DNA of 59,030 nt from Candidatus Aminicenantales bacterium. GTDB lineage: Bacteria; Acidobacteriota; Aminicenantia; Aminicenantales; UBA8522. Positions 54,647 to 59,030 of the stretch are shown one piece after another. A program made the position numbers and the translations under genes. The stretch spans positions 1-59,030 of the forward strand of contig JBAQGA010000059.1 of assembly GCA_049287565.1 (NCBI GenBank). The letters run 5' to 3'. Below the pieces are notes generated by a model. It saw only the letters and a list, made by a program, of their open reading frames with translations. It was not told the origin of the DNA and did no database searches. Positions within the stretch are counted from its first letter, which is position 1. Each line of letters begins with the position of its first letter.

Positions 54647-55642
54647 ATGCCAGCCAACCTGACGCCCCAATACATCGAAGCCGAACGGAAATTCCGGGAG
54701 GCAAAGACTCCCCAGGAGAAGATGAAAGCCCTCGAGGAGATGATGGCCACGATCCCCAAGCACAAAGGGACGGAGAAGCTCCAGGCCATGCTCAAAACGA
54801 AGATGGCCAAGCTCAAGTCGGCCGCCCAAGCGAGGCCCGCAGTGGCCCGGCACGGACCCGGCTTCCACGTCGAGAAAACGGGCGCCGGACAGGTTGTCGT
54901 CATCGGCCCCCCTAACGCCGGAAAATCGCGGCTCATCGCTTCGCTGACCGGCGCTCAGCCGGAAGTCGGCGATTACCCCTACACGACCCGCAGCCCCGCT
55001 CCCTACATGATGAAGTTCGAGAACATCCAGGTCCAACTCGTCGATACACCGCCCCTTGCACCCGACGACATCGAGAGCGACCTGGTCGAACTGATCAAGG
55101 CGACCGATGGGGTTCTGCTCGTCCTTGACCTCGCCGACCAGGAGACCGTTTCCCTCCTGGAGAGTCTCCTGTCCAAGCTCGAGGAAAAACGAGTGGAGCT
55201 TCAGGCCGAGAATCCGGCGTCCCCTCCGCAACCTGGCCGTTACCAGAAAAAAACTCTTTTCATCGGAGCCAAGCGGGATTCTCCTCCCGCCGCTGAAAAC
55301 CTCACCTTCCTCAAGGAATATTTCGGAGAAAAGATCGCCTTCCATCCCGTGTCGGCCGCGCTCGGCGATGGGCTGGACGGCCTCAAGAAGGAGATTTTTC
55401 TGCTTCTCGACATCATCCGAGTCTATAGCAAAACACCCGGCAAGAAGGCCGATTTCAGCGCACCCTTCGCCCTCCCCAAGGGCAGCACGGTGAGCGAGAT
55501 GGCCAGGGCCGTCCACAAGGACTTTTTTGAAAAACTGAAATATGCCCGGATCTGGCGGAAGGGTTCGCTGGTATTGCAAGGCCAGATGGTCAACCGCGAT
55601 TTCGCCCTCGAAGACGAGGACATCGTCGAACTGCGAATATAG
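54647..55642 (+). CDS. Obg-like GTPase of the DRG type with C-terminal TGS domain
   Basis: 331 aa. N-terminal helix ...IPKHKGTEKLQAMLKTKMAKLK resembling the DRG N-terminus. G1 GPPNAGKS. DTPP (G3). C-terminal TGS-like beta-grasp. SD GAGG. Confidence 0.75.
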   Translation: MPANLTPQYIEAERKFREAKTPQEKMKALEEMMATIPKHKGTEKLQAMLKTKMAKLKSAAQARPAVARHGPGFHVEKTGAGQVVVIGPPNAGKSRLIASLTGAQPEVGDYPYTTRSPAPYMMKFENIQVQLVDTPPLAPDDIESDLVELIKATDGVLLVLDLADQETVSLLESLLSKLEEKRVELQAENPASPPQPGRYQKKTLFIGAKRDSPPAAENLTFLKEYFGEKIAFHPVSAALGDGLDGLKKEIFLLLDIIRVYSKTPGKKADFSAPFALPKGSTVSEMARAVHKDFFEKLKYARIWRKGSLVLQGQMVNRDFALEDEDIVELRI

Positions 55643-55647
55643 GCTCA

Positions 55648-55783
55648 GGGTAGTGGCTTCGAAACCGCGCCCGTTTTCTCCCAGCGCGGAAAGCGGGCTC
55701 GATTCGTTGTTCGCTCTTCTCTCCCTTCGGTCGAGAAACCGTGCCCGCTCACTCCTCATACGGGTTTTTCATGCCACTACCCC
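55648..55783 (+). repeat. R1 element copy C (136 nt)
   Basis: Starts 6 nt after the GTPase stop. The termini GGGTAGTGGC / GCCACTACCC carry a paired C-to-T and G-to-A change relative to A and B that preserves complementarity. Confidence 0.8.
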
Positions 55784-55827
55784 TCGCCTTGTCGAAATTA
55801 GGAGTGCCAGCTCGTCGCTTAAATTGG

Positions 55828-55880
55828 AAATTTGGGGACACGATGCCGAACTCAGAAATTCGGTTCATGTCCCCAAATTT
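55828..55880. terminator. large nested hairpin abutting the Fe-ADH stop codon (possible bidirectional terminator)
   Basis: Perfect 13-bp arms AAATTTGGGGACA (55828-55840) and TGTCCCCAAATTT (55868-55880), with an inner CCGAA/TTCGG hairpin (55846-55850 and 55859-55863). AT-rich stem ends give U-runs in both directions. Confidence 0.45.
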
Positions 55881-57020
55881 CTATGCGCCCGTCTGGTGGG
55901 CCTGCCGCAAGATCTGAAAATAATCCCCGACACTGGCTTCGCGGGGATTGGAGGAACTCGAATTGTTCTCGAAAGACTTCCGGGCGATGGCGCCGAAATC
56001 GCCCTCCGGGATTCTCAGCTCCCGAAAAGTCGGGATGGAGAGTGAGTGGGACAGGTCCTTGATTTTCTGGATGAGGGCGCGAGCTGCGTCATCTTTGTCG
56101 GCGGCCTCGAGGCCAACGGCGGCGGCGATGACCGCGTACTTCTCCCTCGCCGCCGGAAGGTTGAACTCCATAACGGGAGGCAGAAAGATCGCGTTGGCGA
56201 CGCCGTGCGGCGTGTCATAGAGCGACCCGACGGATTCGGCCAAGCAGTGGACGGCCCCGACATCACTGTTCCCGAAGGCCATCCCGGCAAGGAGGCTCCC
56301 TTTCATTTGTCCCTCTCTGGCCTCGCGATCGCCCTTGATATCTTGATAGGCCCGCGGAAGAAATCGAAAGATCAGGCGGATCGCTTCCAGGGCCAGCGCA
56401 TCGGAGATGAAATTGGCCGGCTTGACAGAGAAGGCTTCGACAGCATGGGTAAGAGCGTCCAGGCCCGTCGAGGCGATAAGCGGAGCCGGCAAGGTCTGGA
56501 TAAGATCCGGATCGACCAGGGCCACCGCCGGATACATCCGCATTCCCTTGATGCTCATCTTGAATCTCCGTTCGGCGTGGGTGATGACGCTGACCCCGGT
56601 GACCTCGCTCCCCGTTCCACAAGTTGTGGGAATGGCGACAACGGGAAGAGGCGCGGTCTTGTAGCGCTGGCGACCTTCGTAATCCTCGATCCGACCGGGA
56701 TTCGTCGCCAGCAGCGCGACCGCCTTGGCCGCATCCAGAACGCTGCCGCCGCCGAGACCGATGACGAGGTCTGGCTTGATTTTCCGGGCAATCCCCCCTC
56801 CCCTATCGACCGTCGTATCCCGGGGATTCGGCTCAACTTCGTCGAAAACGGAAACCGGGGATATCTGCGCCAGAACCTTTGGGATTATGCCTGCGGCCCC
56901 GATTCCCTTATCGGTGATGAGAAACGGCCGGGAAGCAGCCCCCCTATCGGTTGTGATTCGTCTCAGTTCCCCGATCGTCCCCGCGCCGAATGCGATCTCC
57001 GTCGGCATATGGTACAACAT
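55881..57020 (-). CDS. iron-containing (group III) alcohol dehydrogenase
   Basis: GGGSVLDAAKAVA and His-rich metal site (ALTHAVEA, AVHCLAE). ATG 57020 follows AGGAGG. The longer track ORF (to 57116) reads into a repeat element. Confidence 0.88.
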   Translation of the reverse strand: MLYHMPTEIAFGAGTIGELRRITTDRGAASRPFLITDKGIGAAGIIPKVLAQISPVSVFDEVEPNPRDTTVDRGGGIARKIKPDLVIGLGGGSVLDAAKAVALLATNPGRIEDYEGRQRYKTAPLPVVAIPTTCGTGSEVTGVSVITHAERRFKMSIKGMRMYPAVALVDPDLIQTLPAPLIASTGLDALTHAVEAFSVKPANFISDALALEAIRLIFRFLPRAYQDIKGDREAREGQMKGSLLAGMAFGNSDVGAVHCLAESVGSLYDTPHGVANAIFLPPVMEFNLPAAREKYAVIAAAVGLEAADKDDAARALIQKIKDLSHSLSIPTFRELRIPEGDFGAIARKSFENNSSSSNPREASVGDYFQILRQAHQTGA

Positions 57021-57108
57021 GTTGCGCCTCCTATCACAATAGACAGGTGGTTTCTTGGGGAATGGGTGGCATGGCGCTAGTCTCCGCGCGACCGAGCGGG
57101 CTGACCTC

Positions 57109-57197
57109 GGAGACACTTTTGAAGAATATAATTTTAGCCATTAACCTCTCCTGCCTCCCCTGAGCAATCAGGGGAGGCGGAACATGTGAGTGTCTCC
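57109..57197 (-). repeat. R2 element copy 2
   Basis: GGAGACAC (57109-57116) and GTGTCTCC (57190-57197). Inner 10-bp hairpin GCCTCCCCTG-AGCAAT-CAGGGGAGGC (57153-57178). The reverse complement is collinear with copy 1. Lies between the Fe-ADH start and the M28 stop. Confidence 0.7.
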
Positions 57198-57235
57198 ATG
57201 AAGGTCGGAGGAGACGCGCCATGACGGGTCCCATT

Positions 57236-58777
57236 TTACCGCTTTCGAAAATTTAGAATCGGCTCGTCGCTCATGTCCATGATGGCGACAAACAGGAGCT
57301 GGGCGATATCTTCCATGATCTCGGGCGTGATGCTCTCAAGGTTATCCCTAGTATTGTGGTAGGAAGGAGGCCGCGCAACAGGCCGGCTCTCCGAGGCGCC
57401 GACCGTGACGCTGGGCACGCCCTTCCAGAGAAAGCGGGCCGTGTCCTGGCGGGGCCGGGCGATATTGGCGAAATAAGACAGCTCGATCACGCGGTGGATG
57501 TAGCGGCTGTTCGCCCTCTCGAGAAATCCGTAGAAATCCGGGAAGTTCTTTCCCGCCAGAACACCGATCTTGTCACCGACGCCGGGCCCTTCCATGTTGA
57601 TGAAGGCAGCGGTTTTTGTCAGTGGAAAAAGAGGATGGTTGACATAGAACTCGGAACCGGCAACGCCCTGTTCTTCCGCTCCGAAAAACAGGAACATGAC
57701 CGAGCGCTTGGGCTTGACCGGACATTGGGACATGGCTTCGGCCACACCCATCATGACCGCCACCGCAGTCGCGTTGTCGTTCGCGCCGGGCATCAGCTCC
57801 CACATGCGCCCGAGATGGTCGAGATGTCCGCCGAGGATGATGAGTTCGTCCTTGAGAACCGGATCGGAGCCCTCAATGAGCCCGATGACGTTGGCGCCGA
57901 TCCCATCGGGATGATGCTCGGTTATGTTCTTGATGGTGAAGACCTTGCCCGTTGCGAAGGACTGAGGCTTCAAGGTCTCCCGGATTTTCTCCACAGTCGC
58001 CTTGTGATCGCGTCCCGTTCCGGCAAAGACATCGGCGACCGCTGCATCGCCGACGTGACTGTAGATGAAACCGGCGTCATACGAATTGTTGGGATTGCCG
58101 ATCGGCCCGTAGTTGTAAAGCATGCCCCCGGCGCCGTGGGCAACCGCGTTCTCCAGCTTGTATTGATGAAAGGAATAGGGCCGCCACTTCTTGAACAGCT
58201 CGGCATCCTTGTCGGGCGAAACCGGCACCTCCCTTTCCATCAAGAGGATTTTTCCCTTGACATCGACTCCGGCATAATCATCATAGCCGAGCTCCGGCGC
58301 GGTCACGCCATACCCGACATAGATGACTTCGGCGGTCACCTCCCCCGACCCCGAGGTCCCTCCCGGGATGAACTGGTCATCGAAGCGGTAATGCTTCCTG
58401 ATTTCAGCGCCGTTGACGGGAAGCCGCAGATAGACCTCGCAACCGGGAAAGACCAGGGTGTAGGGGATTGGGAAAGACTGCTTGTAGCCTCCGCCGTCGC
58501 CCCCGGGTTGAACCCCCCACTTCTCGAGGAGCGAGGCGACCCAATCGGCGCAGGCGTCGTATTCCGGAGTCCCGGTCAGCCGCCCACCGTACTTGTCCGA
58601 AACCAGCTCTTTGACGTAGCTATAGAGGGTGTGACTTGAGATCGTGTGCAAGGTGCTGAGAATCTTCTGGTCATCGGCAGTCGGCTGTGAAGGAAGTTGG
58701 CCGACGGCGCCGGTAAACGAAAAAAGCGCAATTAACAGGCTGAGGCTGGAAAGAACCCGAAACACTCCTCTCTTCAT
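57236..58777 (-). CDS. M28-family aminopeptidase with PA (protease-associated) domain, secreted
   Basis: Signal peptide from ATG 58777 (AGGAGG upstream). PA-domain insert. M28 metal-ligand region (NVIGLIEGS..., GGHLDH..., GANDNATAVA..., FGAEEQG...). Confidence 0.8.
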   Translation of the reverse strand: MKRGVFRVLSSLSLLIALFSFTGAVGQLPSQPTADDQKILSTLHTISSHTLYSYVKELVSDKYGGRLTGTPEYDACADWVASLLEKWGVQPGGDGGGYKQSFPIPYTLVFPGCEVYLRLPVNGAEIRKHYRFDDQFIPGGTSGSGEVTAEVIYVGYGVTAPELGYDDYAGVDVKGKILLMEREVPVSPDKDAELFKKWRPYSFHQYKLENAVAHGAGGMLYNYGPIGNPNNSYDAGFIYSHVGDAAVADVFAGTGRDHKATVEKIRETLKPQSFATGKVFTIKNITEHHPDGIGANVIGLIEGSDPVLKDELIILGGHLDHLGRMWELMPGANDNATAVAVMMGVAEAMSQCPVKPKRSVMFLFFGAEEQGVAGSEFYVNHPLFPLTKTAAFINMEGPGVGDKIGVLAGKNFPDFYGFLERANSRYIHRVIELSYFANIARPRQDTARFLWKGVPSVTVGASESRPVARPPSYHNTRDNLESITPEIMEDIAQLLFVAIMDMSDEPILNFRKR

Positions 58778-59030
58778 TCTTGCCTCCTGCGGGAAGAGCC
58801 TTTTTATCACAGCACCGGGAGCGAATCAATAATTCCTTGGGGCGGTTTCCGGCGATCTCTGGAATCACGAAAACAGCAATGCCTTTCCCGAAGCAGGAGA
58901 TGCGGGCTCTGTGACTAAAAGTGGGATTATTATCTTGGGCGCCGGATAATGATCAGCTGCCGTCGGCTGCGGCGACCATTGAGGGTTCAGGTAACATGAT
59001 AGCGAAACGCACCTCCTTGACGGGTAATAC

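Overview
GC-rich (by eye about 60%, not computed) bacterial chromosomal window. I place 43 protein genes. I recognise no rRNA, tRNA, CRISPR array, transposase or integrase. Gene content points to an anaerobic diderm: BamD, a secretin, a TonB-type outer-membrane barrel, tungsten-type aldehyde:ferredoxin oxidoreductase, a NuoEF/HydABC-like flavin-FeS module and an HdrD-like membrane FeS oxidoreductase.

Layout:
- 388-5107 (-): ggt, scpB, scpA, trpS and an M50 protease.
- 5283-12923 (-): glnA followed by a four-gene operon (NuoE-like, NuoF::GltD fusion, HydA-N-terminal-like ferredoxin, stand-alone GltB FMN domain).
- 13134-16954 (+): lrp, speH and a sigma-54-driven M1 metallopeptidase.
- 16965-21548 (-): small secreted protein, PDZ-containing histidine kinase and sigma-54 response regulator.
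- 21730-33207 (+): pilC-pilB-pilMNOP, a chimeric TPR-secretin-cohesin gene, then a P-loop NTPase, AOR and a tandem class II aldolase.
- 33675-39332 (+): TonB-type barrel, small barrel and membrane FeS oxidoreductase.
- 39324-48979: ltaE, PASTA protein, rpe, SDR epimerase, bamD, OM barrel, S8 protease, recN and miaB.
- 49484-54374 (-): gyrA and gyrB.
- 54647-58777: DRG-like GTPase, Fe-ADH and M28 peptidase.

Most interesting observations:
1. A hydrogenase-less NuoEF-type electron module fused to GltD and coupled to a lone GltB FMN domain, next to glnA.
2. A PDZ-sensor kinase / sigma-54 activator pair flanked by a textbook sigma-54 promoter plus upstream inverted repeat driving a secreted M1 peptidase.
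3. A pilin-less PilBC-PilMNOPQ cluster whose secretin carries an N-terminal TPR lipoprotein module and a C-terminal cohesin-like domain.
4. At least four families of short structured intergenic repeats, one showing a compensatory double substitution in its terminal stem and one nested inside another.
5. Three genes whose -10 box lies 6-9 nt from the start codon, suggesting leaderless mRNAs.

All calls rest on motif recognition by eye. No database search or folding calculation was run.
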